The notes under the pieces: model-generated
What the model was told of the DNA's origin: nothing
What the model saw: the letters and a program-made list of their open reading frames with translations, nothing else
Database searches by the model: none
Part shown: one piece after another, positions 25,026 to 36,580 of the stretch
How the letters are laid out: each line of letters opens with the position of its first letter
Position numbering within the stretch: the first letter of the stretch is position 1
Made by a program: the position numbers and the translations under genes
NCBI RefSeq assembly: GCF_006345805.1
Contig: NC_043019.1
Location: forward strand, 22,815,360 to 22,879,359
Source of the DNA: Octopus sinensis
Taxonomy: Eukaryota
DNA length: 64,000 nucleotides
Direction of reading: 5' to 3'

Positions 25026-25159
25026 CTTAAGTGCAATGGTATAAAGATATGGTTACATTTCCTCTAGCAGCAGCAGCAGCAGCGACATTGGCAGCAGCAG
25101 CAGCATCTTTCAATGTGTTTACGGTAAAATTAATCCATTTCATCAAAGGTTATTTCATC
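25026..25159 (-). other. Candidate non-coding exon (134 nt)
   Basis: Minus strand: acceptor TCTTTTTCTGTTTTATCATTTTCAG|G and donor AAG|GTAAGT are both near consensus; all three frames contain stops. Confidence 0.35.
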
Positions 25160-26020
25160 CTGAAAATGATAAAACAGAAAAAGATCAATATAAGAAATAT
25201 AAATATATAAAAAAAAAAACAAATATATTTGAGAGAGTCAAGACTATTGAAAAGGTTGCAAGACGCAACGAAAATTTTAGAAAATAAAAATAAGAAATAA
25301 GTGGAAATATTACCGGTAAATGTGTTAAATAATAAGACACTAAAAGAGAATGACTCTCCCCAGACACAACAAAATATGCTTCAACACACGAACTCATATA
25401 AAGAATCTTGCAAACCAATATCCAAAAACGAAATATATTTGAGTTCACTTCCCAATTATATAGTTTGGGGTTCATTCCCACTGCATGGTACGCTGGGTGA
25501 GTGCCTGCTAATATAACCCCCAGCTGACCAAATCCTTGTGAGAGCATTTGGTAGATCATCATCATTGCTGTCCTTTAATGTCCATTTTCCATGCTGGCAT
25601 GTGTTGGACTGTTTGACCAGAGCTGGTAAGGCCGGGAGCCACACCAGGTTCCAGTCTGGTTTGGCCCGGTTTCGACAGCTGGATGCCCTTTCACATGCCA
25701 ACCACTTTACAGCGTGTGAGATGAAAACTGAAAAAAAATCCCATCACATACATGCGTATGTGCATGCATGCATGCATGTGTACGCTTGTGTTGTTTTGAC
25801 AGCACATGATAGTTGTAAGTGAATGTCACCATCATGCAGCGTCATTTATTTCCAATCTTCCATGAAAATGTCCAGCTTTGGTGAACGATTAGCTCGCTTG
25901 GAAACAGGTGACAGTTGGTAACAGGAAGGACATTCAGCTGTAGATCTGCCTCAAGTCAGCCACTGATGTCGTGATCAGCCAGTGAGCTTGTTACAAAATA
26001 TATATATATATATATATATA

Positions 26021-26349
26021 TGTGCCGGTGGCACGTAAAAAGCACCATCCGAACATGGCCAATGCCAGCGCCGCCTTGACTGGCTTCTGTGCCGGTGGCA
26101 CATAAAAAGCACCAACTGATCGTGGCCGCTGCCAGACTCCCCTGGTACCTGTACTGGTGGCACGTAAAAAGCACCCACTACACTCACGGAGTGGTTGGCG
26201 TTAGGAAGGGCATCCAGCTGTAGAAACACTGCCAGATCAGACTGGAGTCTGGTCCAGCCTCCTGGCTTCCCAGACCCCAGTCGAACCGTCCAACCCGTGC
26301 TAGCACGGAAAACAGGCATTAAACGATGATGATGATGATGATGATGATA
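26021..26349 (+). mobile_element. Family C SINE-like element (young)
   Basis: Three GGTGGCAC(G/A)TAAAAAGCACC units, GGCGTTAGGAAGGGCATCCAGC core and (GAT)n tail. Confidence 0.8.
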
Positions 26350-26585
26350 TATGTGACAGAGGTAGTATTAATACTATAAGGTAATATTTATCCCCACTTA
26401 AATGTTGATGTTCTGTTAGAACAAATTATACTGCAGAATACTGTGAGAGAAACTCTTATATTGGCTTTTGGTGCAAAATGCACTCTTGTTTATGTCACTA
26501 GTGAGGAAATAAATCCTCACCATCCCCAGTCTCTTCTCTCCATACTACATAGTAAGGAAAGGAGAAACTGCATGCATGAGCAATT

Positions 26586-26894
26586 ACTTTTATTTTATTT
26601 ATGTACCCTTTTCAAGACTAGCCAGGCTCGTGGGCCCGGTTTCCCAGTTTCTATAGCGTATGTGTTCCCTCCAGCTGGACGGGACGCCAGTCCATCACAG
26701 CGTCGCTCAAGAAACAGGAAGAAAGAGTGAGAGAAAGTTGGGGCGAAAGAGTACAACAGGGGTTGCCACCACCCCCTGCCGGAGCCTCATGGAGCTTTAG
26801 GTATTTTCACTCAATAAACACACACAACACCTGGTCTGAGAATTGAAACTGCGATCCTCTGACTGCGAGTCTGCTGCCCTAACCACTGGGCCAT
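26586..26894 (-). mobile_element. tRNA-derived SINE, family D (Deu-like domain)
   Basis: Minus strand TGGCCCAGTGGTTAGG A box and GATGGACTGGCGTCCCGTCCAG..GAAACTGGGAAACCGG segment; related to 49787-50089. Confidence 0.7.
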
Positions 26895-27595
26895 ATGAAC
26901 AATTACTAGTCTTCTTATAATATGAAAACAACCTAGGCCTACACAGACACAAACGGATGTCAAAAGTCAACGATGAACAATGAAGGCCTCAGTTAAATTG
27001 ATCGCGGTAATTATTTTATGGATGGATACACACACACAATATGCAGTTGCAGGTATGGGTGTGTGCTTATGAGGCTCAGTTTTCAACCAGGTCATGTGGT
27101 TTTAGATTTGGCACCTATGCCTCACAGGTGAGATACTGTACGAACAATGGTGGTGCAGCATAGGTGCAGATGTGTCTCCTCAGGTGACTTGCCAAAAGGT
27201 ACTTTGTTTTTTAATCACTTATTTCTATAACGATCCATTTTGGTGGTTGCAGCATGCTATGCATCTACACAAGGAATTGAGATACAATGAAGGACTCATC
27301 TTGCATAAATAATAAAATAACTTAAAGAGTCAAACGTAAAAAATAAAATAAAAAATAAATACATGAATCAAATAAAATGCTATATACTGATAGTAAAATA
27401 TCATTAAATAATACCATAAAAAGCTATTAATATATATATATATATATATATATATCATCATCATCATCGTTTAACGTCCGTTTTCCATGCTAGAATGGGT
27501 CCAAACATGAAAACACAAATAGAAAACACAACAACGCAAGGACGTGGAACAAATATAGTATTATTGGACGCTCGGGAATGAAGGGAAGACGGAGA

Positions 27596-27630
27596 GTTTT
27601 ACGTTTCAAGCGGAGCTCTTCGTCAGAAAC
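27596..27630 (-). ncRNA. Minimal type I hammerhead ribozyme motif in a Penelope-like fragment (~27490-27675)
   Basis: Minus strand GTTT-CTGACGA-A-GAGC-TCC-GCTT-GAAA-CGT-A-AAAC: CUGAnGA and GAAA cores, stem II, loopless palindromic stem III (ACGU), GUA cleavage triplet, stem I GUUU/AAAC. Confidence 0.82.
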
Positions 27631-28778
27631 ATAGGAAAAGGAAAGATCCAGAGAAGGGAAGATGGAGGAAAAAAAATATATATACACACACACACACACA
27701 CATCTGTCTATATTTATGTATGTACACACATGGGGCACTTCCAGCTTCATCACAAGATATTGGCCAACCTGTGGTTATACAGGGTGCAGCAAAATAAACC
27801 CTCCAAGATTCCTTATCCATGACAAACATTTCAATAACAAACGTATGGTGTGCACTTGTTTAAACCATGATGGTTAACTTACAAAAACAAATTAAGAAAC
27901 AATAACACATTAGCTACAGGAAGACATCGTTAACACCTGCCTAACTTCCCTAGATCCACATCAATGGCTATGTAGAATATGGTAGACTTTTTCTGCCACA
28001 CCTGTGGTAGAAAAGAAACAAAAAACATCCAAGTGTCCACACATTGGGATGGAACCCAGGATCTAGTGGTTCAGAATGTAACTTTTTAACTACATTCCCA
28101 TACTTGTACCAACTTATAGTACATCATTCTACTATTGCATATATATATATATATATATAAAGAATATATATAAAAATACAAAATGGGACAAGAACGCAAA
28201 ACACTCAAATAGACGACACAAAAAATGGACGGGTCATTCGTATATATATATATATATATATAATGAGCCATTATTTAATGCTACTTTTATATTTCAGTAG
28301 CCTTGTGATAATAATAATAATCCTTTCTGCAATAGGCACAAGGCCTGAAATTTTAGAAGAAGGGTTAAGTTGATTGCATTGACCCCAGTACTCAACTGGT
28401 ACTTATTTTATCCATTGCAAAAGGATGAAAGCAAAGTCGACCATGGTGGAATTTGAACTCGGAATGTAAAGACAGACTAAATGCCACTAAGCATTTTACT
28501 TAGTATGCTAACAATTCTGCCAATTTGCCACCTTAATAACAACAACAGCAACAATGATGATGATTTCAAATTTTGGCACAAGGCCAGTAATTTCGAGCGG
28601 GGGGGGGGGATTAAATCGATTACATTAGCGCCAGTGCTCAACTAGTACTTATTTTATCGAACCTGAAGGGATGAAAAGCAAAATCTACGGTGGGAGAATC
28701 TGAACTCAAAATGTGAAGAAGGATGAAATACTGCTAAGCATTTTGCCGGTGCAGTAACGATTCTGCCAGCTCACCACC

Positions 28779-28817
<39 letters not shown>

Positions 28818-28895
28818 GTAATAGTAATGGTTTCAAATTTTGCCACAAGGGCATTTTGCCCGGTGCAGTAATGATTCAACCAGCTCACTGCCATA

Positions 28896-28938
<43 letters not shown>

Positions 28939-29257
28939 TAATAATAATAGTGCTGATAAGTTTAGTGCTTTTCTTTCACAAGAGTATTTTGAGAAATTTG
29001 CAGCATCAATGCATTTCCCAATGGCATCAATGACACGTGTGAAAAACCAGCAGATTGCTGACTCAGTCTCCAGAGAGTTTAGAACCCTGCACCCACCGCC
29101 ATCAACAATGAAAACCCTCTTCAATGCTACTTGTCCTTATGAATAATTTGAGCGGGATTCTTCCCTCACTATTTCCCAAAAAGGTGGGTGGGTGAATAAA
29201 TGATTAGTTGATAACACCATTACAAAAGAAGAACATCACAATCAACAGACACATATA

Positions 29258-29313
<56 letters not shown>

Positions 29314-29450
29314 ATATACACACACACATTAATATTGAACAGTGGGAATGAGTGCTCAACACTGCAATAGTGATACAGAAATATTCTTTAATGATATCTT
29401 TTTTAATGGTTTGTTTTGATTCTATGTTCATATTAGGTGCTTATAAAGTC

Positions 29451-29502
<52 letters not shown>

Positions 29503-30432
29503 TATATATGTATATGCTGGCATGGAAAGCAGATGATGATACACACACACACATCCATACATATACATATATGCATGCTCATCCAACACCCATACACACA
29601 CACACACTCCTGTATCACACATACCCCGTACACATCTACACTTGTGCATACACACCCACCCACACACGCTCATACATATCCCCCCATACACATCCATACA
29701 CACAAATCAATCAAGCCTCCAACCCTTCCCAACGCTCTCCCCCACCCACTAACCCGACACAACTCTGTCTTCATTAAAAGAAAACCAACAAACTTTAATA
29801 CTGCCTCAAAAAAAATTAAAACAAAATAAATAAAAAATACTCCCCGCCCCACCTACTGTGTAGTGTTGCTTGTTAATGAATGATAATGAAGAATAAATTA
29901 ACAAAAAGACAAAAAAAAAACATGACAAAAAGTACAGCAAACCCCCCCCCCAAACCTCACCAATTCCAAAGAGTGATGCAATGCACAGCAGGAAGCAGAA
30001 CTAAGGGCAGGGCAATTCTCAAAAAACAGGAAAAAAGTGATTTGAATTTAGAAAAGGGTTGGAATATGAGAGCTATGTGTTTAATTAATGATGAATTATT
30101 ATTATAACGATGTGGTTTAAGATCATTGGTGAAGAAGAAATTTAGTAAAATCCAGAAAAAGAAAAAATATATCGACATCGTCATCATTTTATCATCCACT
30201 TTTCCATGCTTCACATGGGTCAAATGGAATTGGTTACGGTCGATTATTTTTTGCAGCTGGATGCCCTTCCTGTTACCAACCCTCACCTGATTCCAAGCAA
30301 GGTAATATTTCCCCATAGCTAGACATGTTTTTCGTGGATGACTTGAAATGACACTGCTTTCATGGTAATGCTTGTTTACAACCATTTCATGATGGTACAC
30401 ATGAACACTCGCATACACACATACATATGCAA

Positions 30433-30463
<31 letters not shown>

Positions 30464-30472
30464 TATAGAAAC

Positions 30473-30505
<33 letters not shown>

Positions 30506-30538
30506 AACACATATATACACACACACACACACACAAAC

Positions 30539-30569
<31 letters not shown>

Positions 30570-30592
30570 AACACATATATATACACACATAC

Positions 30593-30630
<38 letters not shown>

Positions 30631-30674
30631 GAACACACATATAAACACGCATATATACACACACATATTTAGGG

Positions 30675-30960
30675 TATAGACCCCCTTCAGTCACTAAGAA
30701 AGTTCCCCAACAAAGCACAAGTCCAGGTAAGTTTATTTTTGGAAGACCAGCAGCCACCCATGCATACCAGTCTCCCCTCTCCGTGCCACAGATATTATCC
30801 AGGAGAAAAGCAAAGGCCAATACGTCACAACTCATTTCTACAGCTGAGCGAACTGGAGCAATGAGAAATAAAGTGCCTTGCTCAAGAACACAACACACAA
30901 CCTGGAATTGAACTTGCAACCTCAAAAGACTGAAGCTCTGACCATGAGCCATGCACCTTC
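30675..30960 (-). mobile_element. tRNA-derived SINE, family E
   Basis: Minus strand GCATGGCTCATGGTCAG head and TTGTGTTCTTGAGCAAGGCACTTTATTTC motif; homologous to 50305-50650. Confidence 0.7.
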
Positions 30961-31298
30961 ACATACATGTGTGCGTGTAAATGTCTGCCTGATGATGACT
31001 TAGCTGGCTGAAACTTTGAAGTCACTGTCAACAATATTCTTGTTTAAGAACAGACATGTTCAATTCAATTTGGGCATTAACCTTGAAGTTTTCTTTAGAA
31101 AACCACCCTACAAGTATCAGCTATCAGATATATTTTACAGTGAAAACTGATTGGTTTACTGAAGATACATCTGCAAATCTGTGAATACCCATGGAGTATA
31201 TATAAAGATTAACAAGGGGAACAGAGTAACATGTTTTATTGCATAAAACTACAATTGTTTCATCAATACTTTCTCCCAAAAATTATTGCAGGAATGCT

Positions 31299-31338
<40 letters not shown>

Positions 31339-31489
31339 ACATATGTAGAAACATTGCCAAATTAGACTGGAGCCTGGTGCAGCCTTCTGGCTTCCCAGAA
31401 CCCCGGTCGAACCGTCCAACCCATGCTAGCATGGAGAACGGACGTTAAACGACGATGATGATGATGATACACACACACACACACACACA

Positions 31490-31670
31490 CAATTGCAGCG
31501 TGAAAAACCATTAGATTCACTTCAACATTTAAATTTGATTTGCCAAAATATTTTCGTCACGTTCTCAAAGCGACGAAAATATTTTGGCAAATTAAATTTA
31601 AATGTTGAAGTGAATCTAATGGTTTTTGTGTTTCTTAAGTGGCTAATAAACACCTTCCACGCTGCAATTG
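31490..31670. repeat. Near-perfect hairpin (56-bp arms, 13-nt spacer) with an outer 13-bp inverted repeat
   Basis: 31503-31558 vs 31572-31627 with one mismatch; CAATTGCAGCGTG at 31490-31502 vs CACGCTGCAATTG at 31658-31670. Confidence 0.95.
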
Positions 31671-31927
31671 TTTTCGTTCCAGCACACGATTACAGATCAG
31701 ATTACTTGCTATGCAAGTACATCTCCATTATATATACATATATGTACATGCACAAAATAATACATCATATCAGTATTCTTTCAGCAACACTATAAAATGT
31801 CAATTCCTTGGGTATATGTATAAAGTAGTTTATACTTATACCAAAAGAATTGACATTTTCTAGTGTTGCTGAAACAATTTGTATTATTTTACAATTAAAT
31901 ATGTTGCTCACTCCACTCTCTTTGTTA

Positions 31928-31982
<55 letters not shown>

Positions 31983-33139
31983 CACACATAAATATCAAAC
32001 AATAAGAATGAGTGCTCAACATTGCATTGTTGGATAAAGAATTTTTATTTGTGGATTAAGGCTACCATTGGTTCCATATTAAGGAACCCCTTAATTATCA
32101 GTGTTTACCTCCATTTTGGACTAAAATTATATATATTTAACTATTTAAATATAAATAAAGATTCTGGTAGGATAGAAAGATAGGGTATTTCCAATGCAGC
32201 ACACAACCCAAGGTGTGGATTATCAACACTGTTGGATTGCAGAGTAATAACCAAAATTCTTCAGGTGTAGAAAATCCTGGTTTCACAACAGTAAAACATT
32301 GTGTGAGTTTAGTGAAGAGTAAAATATAATCCAAATAAGAAATGTAAAAGTCTTTGCCTTCTTATTCAGACTATATATAGATATATATCTTTTAGCTCTT
32401 ACTTGTTTCAGTCATTAGACTGAGGCCATGCTGGGGCACACTGCCTTAAAGAATTTTAAGTCAAATGTATCAACCCCAGCACTTATTTTTTTAAGCGTAG
32501 TACTTATTCTATCGGCTCTTTTGCCAAACCACTAAGTGGTGGTGGGGACAAAGACATAGAGACACACACACAAAACACATAAAACGGGCTTCTTTCAGTT
32601 TCCATCTACCAAATCCACCCTCAAGTCTTTAGTCAACCCAGCACTATAGTAGAAGACATTTGCTCAAGGTGGCAAGCAGTGGGACTGAACCTGAAACCAT
32701 GTGTTTAGAAAGCAAGCTTCTTATCACACAGCCATACACACACACACACACATCACAGGCTTCCATACAGTTTCTGTCTACTGAGTCCACTCACAAAGAT
32801 TGGTCAACTTTAGGCTATAGTAAAAGACACTTGTCCAAGGTGCCAAGCAGGAAGACTGAACTCAAAACCTCATGACTAGGAAGCAAGTTTCTTAACCACA
32901 CAGTCAATGCCTGTGTCTGTATGTATAAAAAAATAATAAATGGTTTAAAAACAAAAGTGGAAAAAAAATGAAAAGGTGACATGTTTAAAAATTATTTTGC
33001 AGTCTGAAATATTTTCCAAAGTGAATTTCATGAGAACAAAAAGAATTTTTTTCCCTATTTTCGAAAATTATATAATTTCTGAAATCTACATATATCTATA
33101 GATGCAGTTATGGCTGCATGGTGAAGAAGGTTTCTTCTC

Positions 33140-33415
33140 AACCATGGAGTTTAAAGTTCAATTTCACTGCATCAAACCTCGGACAAGTCTTCTGCTATAG
33201 CCCTGGGCTGACCAATGCCTTGTCAATGGATCTGGTAGATGGAAACTGTGATGAAGCCTGTTGCGTGTGTGTGTGTATGGAGTTTAGAGGTCAATTTCAC
33301 TGCATCAAACCTTGGACAAATCTTCTGCTATAGCCCTGGGATGACCAGTGCCTTATCAATGGATCTGGTAGATGGAAACTGTGATGAAACCTGTTGTGTG
33401 TGTTTGTGTGTGTGT
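33140..33415 (+). repeat. Tandem duplication (~130-bp unit) of a decayed family B SINE segment
   Basis: ATGGAGTTTA..TCAATTTCACTGCATCAAACC..GGATCTGGTAGATGGAAACTGTGATGAA occurs twice in tandem. Confidence 0.85.
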
Positions 33416-34676
33416 TTATCACTGTTTCTGCTGCTTGGCAACTAGTGCTTGTTTGCTACCTCTCTATAACTTAGCAGCTCACCGACTGAGATCAACAAAA
33501 AAAAAATACTATGATTGATTTGTCCAATGAACCCCTTGCAAGTCAGTGCTCCAGCATGGCCACATAGTAGTCCAATGACTGAAACAAGTAAGAGATAAAG
33601 GGTAAACGAAAAAGGAAGAGATTGTAAGCAATGCATAGCATTTGTTGTGCATCAGATGCAACAAATACATTGCAAATGTGTGCATTTGCTGCACATGTTG
33701 TACATGTTTGCATACATGTAAAACAAAAAACAAAACAAAAAAAAATACACTTCTAGTTGTAATTAGCATCTTGTTAATTGAGGCAGTTCTTTAGATTTTT
33801 GAAATTGAGAGGAAATTAACAGACTTTGCAGAGAAACTTGAGTCAGGTTAATTACATGGTTTAGTTTTATTTTTTTGTTTTGTATTTTTTTTTGGTTTTT
33901 ATGCTTTTCTTTCTTTTTCTTGCCTCCTCCCCAAAGGTGGTGGCAGTGGCAGGGTGAGGGGGTGGGATTTGGGATAATTTCACTGGATTCGTTAATGACG
34001 CATGATTGGGATGTTGGAATGATGGTAAATTAAGAGGTGCATGGCAGGGGTGGTGGTGGTGGTGGTGGTGGGGTAGAAGTGTCTGCTAAGAGCTGAAATG
34101 GTTAAAGTGGAGCCCAGCAGCAGCAACAGCAGCAGAACTACAAGGGCAAGCAAAGCTTGGGTGCAGATACACGGAAGTGAGAAATGCCTGGCATATTGGA
34201 TCGGTGAACCGTGTCCGGTACGGCTGCCAGCGTGAATAATATATTGGCATGACAGTGAGTGTGAGTGATGTGTGGTTGAGTGTGAGTGATGTGTGGTTGA
34301 GTGCGAGTGGTGTATGGTATGGCAGCAAGAATGAGAGCTGCTTGACAAATCTGACGATCTAACAAGGATCAGTGGTTATGGCACAGCAACAAGAATGAGT
34401 AGCATGTGGCAAAAGCAGCGAGGAACATGTTGGACGGCACTGCAAAGGTGAGCATGGTGCAGGCTGTAGTAGTGGTGGTGGTGGCGACAATGGTGGCGGT
34501 CGGTGATGTGTGATGAGAGTGAAGTTGTGCATGTTACCGAAGCCATGGTGGTTGAGATTGTACAAGAGCAATATGGTGATACAGTAAATAAATTACATTG
34601 TTATGACAGTAACAGTATAAGAATGGTATTATGAGGGATGGTATTATAAGGGAGGGATGTGGCAGAATGGTATCAT

Positions 34677-34909
34677 AAGGCAGCGAGCTGGCAGAATCGT
34701 TAGCATGCCAGATGAAATGCTTAGCAGTATTTCATCTGCCGCTATGCTCTGAGTTCAAATTCTGCTGAGGTTGACTTTGCCTTTCATCCTTTCGGGGTTG
34801 ATAAATTAAGTGCCAGTTACACATTGGAGTCAATGTAATCGACATAATCCCTTTGTTTTTCCTTGTTTGTCCCCTCTACATTTAGCCCCTTGTGGGCAGT
34901 AAAGAAATA
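34677..34909 (+). mobile_element. Family A SINE
   Basis: Full-length match; AGAATGGTAT(C/T)AT duplicated at the flanks. Confidence 0.85.
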
Positions 34910-35177
34910 AGAATGGTATTATGACAATGGTAAAAGTGCTGGTTCTAGAAATTGGTTTTACAATGATAGAAATGGTACCTTTTTATATTTTTGTTTTAGT
35001 CAGTCTGTGTAGGCGTGGCTGAGTGGTAAGAATTTTGCCTCCCAACCACATGGTTCCAGATTCAGTTCTCTGGCATGGCACCTTGGGCAAGTGTCTTCTG
35101 CTGTAGCCTTGGGCTGACCAAAGCCTTGTAAATGGATTTAGGAGACAGAAACTGAAGAAGCCTATCATATATATATA

Positions 35178-35600
35178 TAGGGTGCAATGGGTAAATTGTC
35201 ATCATTTTATATTTTTGATTTTGTGCATGTGCAGTTTGTTTTAGATCTTGTTGACAGCAGTTGAACACCATCTGTGAGGAAAACAGCACCATGACACAAC
35301 TCACTCTGCCAGAAATTTGAAAACAACATGATGCATTGCTTGAAATTCATGCCGGAAGCTCCATTATGAACATTTCAGAGTGTTTGGGTGTTAATCTGAG
35401 GATAGCGCAGAGGATTCAGAAAGAGTTGGATGAGTCTAATGGTGATTACAAAGGTATGGCAGCTTGGAAAGCTCACTCTGATTGTTCTGATAAGAAAAGA
35501 ATTATTGAATTTGGTGGTGAGATTCAGGCCATGATCGACAACAATCCCTCCAAATCAATGAGGTCCATCACCAGGGACATGGGAGTGTCTGAGTTTCACT
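35178..35600 (+). mobile_element. 5' fragment of a maT (DD37D) mariner-like transposon
   Basis: TIR TAGGGTGCAATGGGTAAATTG after (TA)n; ORF 35336-35605 encodes an N-terminal HTH region (..IDNNPSKSMRSITRDMGVS); homologous to 45120-45355 and 47491-47668. Confidence 0.85.
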
Positions 35601-35907
35601 CCTAAGGCATTAATCGACCTGGTGTTATACAAAACATTTGCCCAAAGTGTCGTTTTTGTGACAGAACCGAAAACCATGTGACTGCAAATGGGCTTCTTAA
35701 CCACACACATTTATATATACACATATAAGTATATATTTTATATATTTTTTCTCTCTCTCATTGGGTCTCTGTTGGTCAATGACTGACCAAGACTACTTTG
35801 TGAGTTTAGTCCTGGGTAAGATTTTTTTGAGATAGACAAGTAGCTGTCCATGCAGAGTACTTTTTCTTATTTGTAAATCAAAATACATTTCTGTCTCTCT
35901 CACTCCA

Positions 35908-36240
35908 TATATATAATCAAAATAAGCAAGAAGGATATCCAGAGGTAATGCAGTACGATTGTTTCATGCAACTCCATTTAATTGAACAATGCAAACATTA
36001 CTTCAATTTAAAATGTAGACCAATCTTCAGCTGCACAAAAAACATAGAATTTAATTAAATTCGAAGGACTCATTAGTATAATTTTATACAAAATTTGCAT
36101 TACCTCTGGATATCCTTGTTGCTTATTTTGATTATAATCACCTTATTTTAAATTGTATGGATAATACCATACTAAATTCTGGTGCCTTCAACTTAAGTAC
36201 CATAATCATCTGAATCTAAATTTTTACTGAACTTATTATA
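35908..36240. mobile_element. Probable Penelope-like fragment with a 41-bp inverted repeat, between (TA)n tracts
   Basis: 35912-35952 vs 36096-36136 inverted with one mismatch; CTGAAGA hammerhead-core-like motif on the minus strand at 36024-36030. Confidence 0.55.
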
Positions 36241-36259
36241 TATATATATCTCACAATTG

Positions 36260-36580
36260 AACGCACATGGCTTAGTGGTTAGAGTGCTTGGCTCACAGCC
36301 ATAAGGTCAGAAATTCTATCCCCAGTGGCAAATTGTGTCCTTGTGCAAGGCACTTTATTTCACGTTGCTCCAGTCCACTCAGCTGGCAAAAATGAGTTTA
36401 ACCTGTATTTTATAAGAGCCAGTCTTGACATATTCTTGTCACACTGAATCTCTCTGAAAGCTACGTTAAATATATGTGTATCTGTTGAGTGCTCAGCAAC
36501 TTGCACGTTAACTTCATGAGCAGGCTGGTCTGTTGATCAAATCAACTGGAACCCGTGTCATGGTAATTGACAGAGCCAGT
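36260..36580 (+). mobile_element. Family E-related SINE
   Basis: CATGGCTTAGTGGTTAG head and TTGTGTCCTTGTGCAAGGCACTTTATTTCAC motif; sister copy at 45860-46180. Confidence 0.75.

Noticed and set aside
28975-29146. Possible plus-strand terminal exon (EYFEKFAASMHF...)
   Set aside because: Weak acceptor, no recognisable homology and no supporting neighbouring exons.
29957-30952. 331-aa ORF, the longest in the track
   Set aside because: It runs through a SINE, (CA/TA)n microsatellites and another repeat; low-complexity artefact.
32225-32295. Minus-strand ACAC-CTGAAGA hammerhead-like start
   Set aside because: No GAAA core or clear stem II follows.
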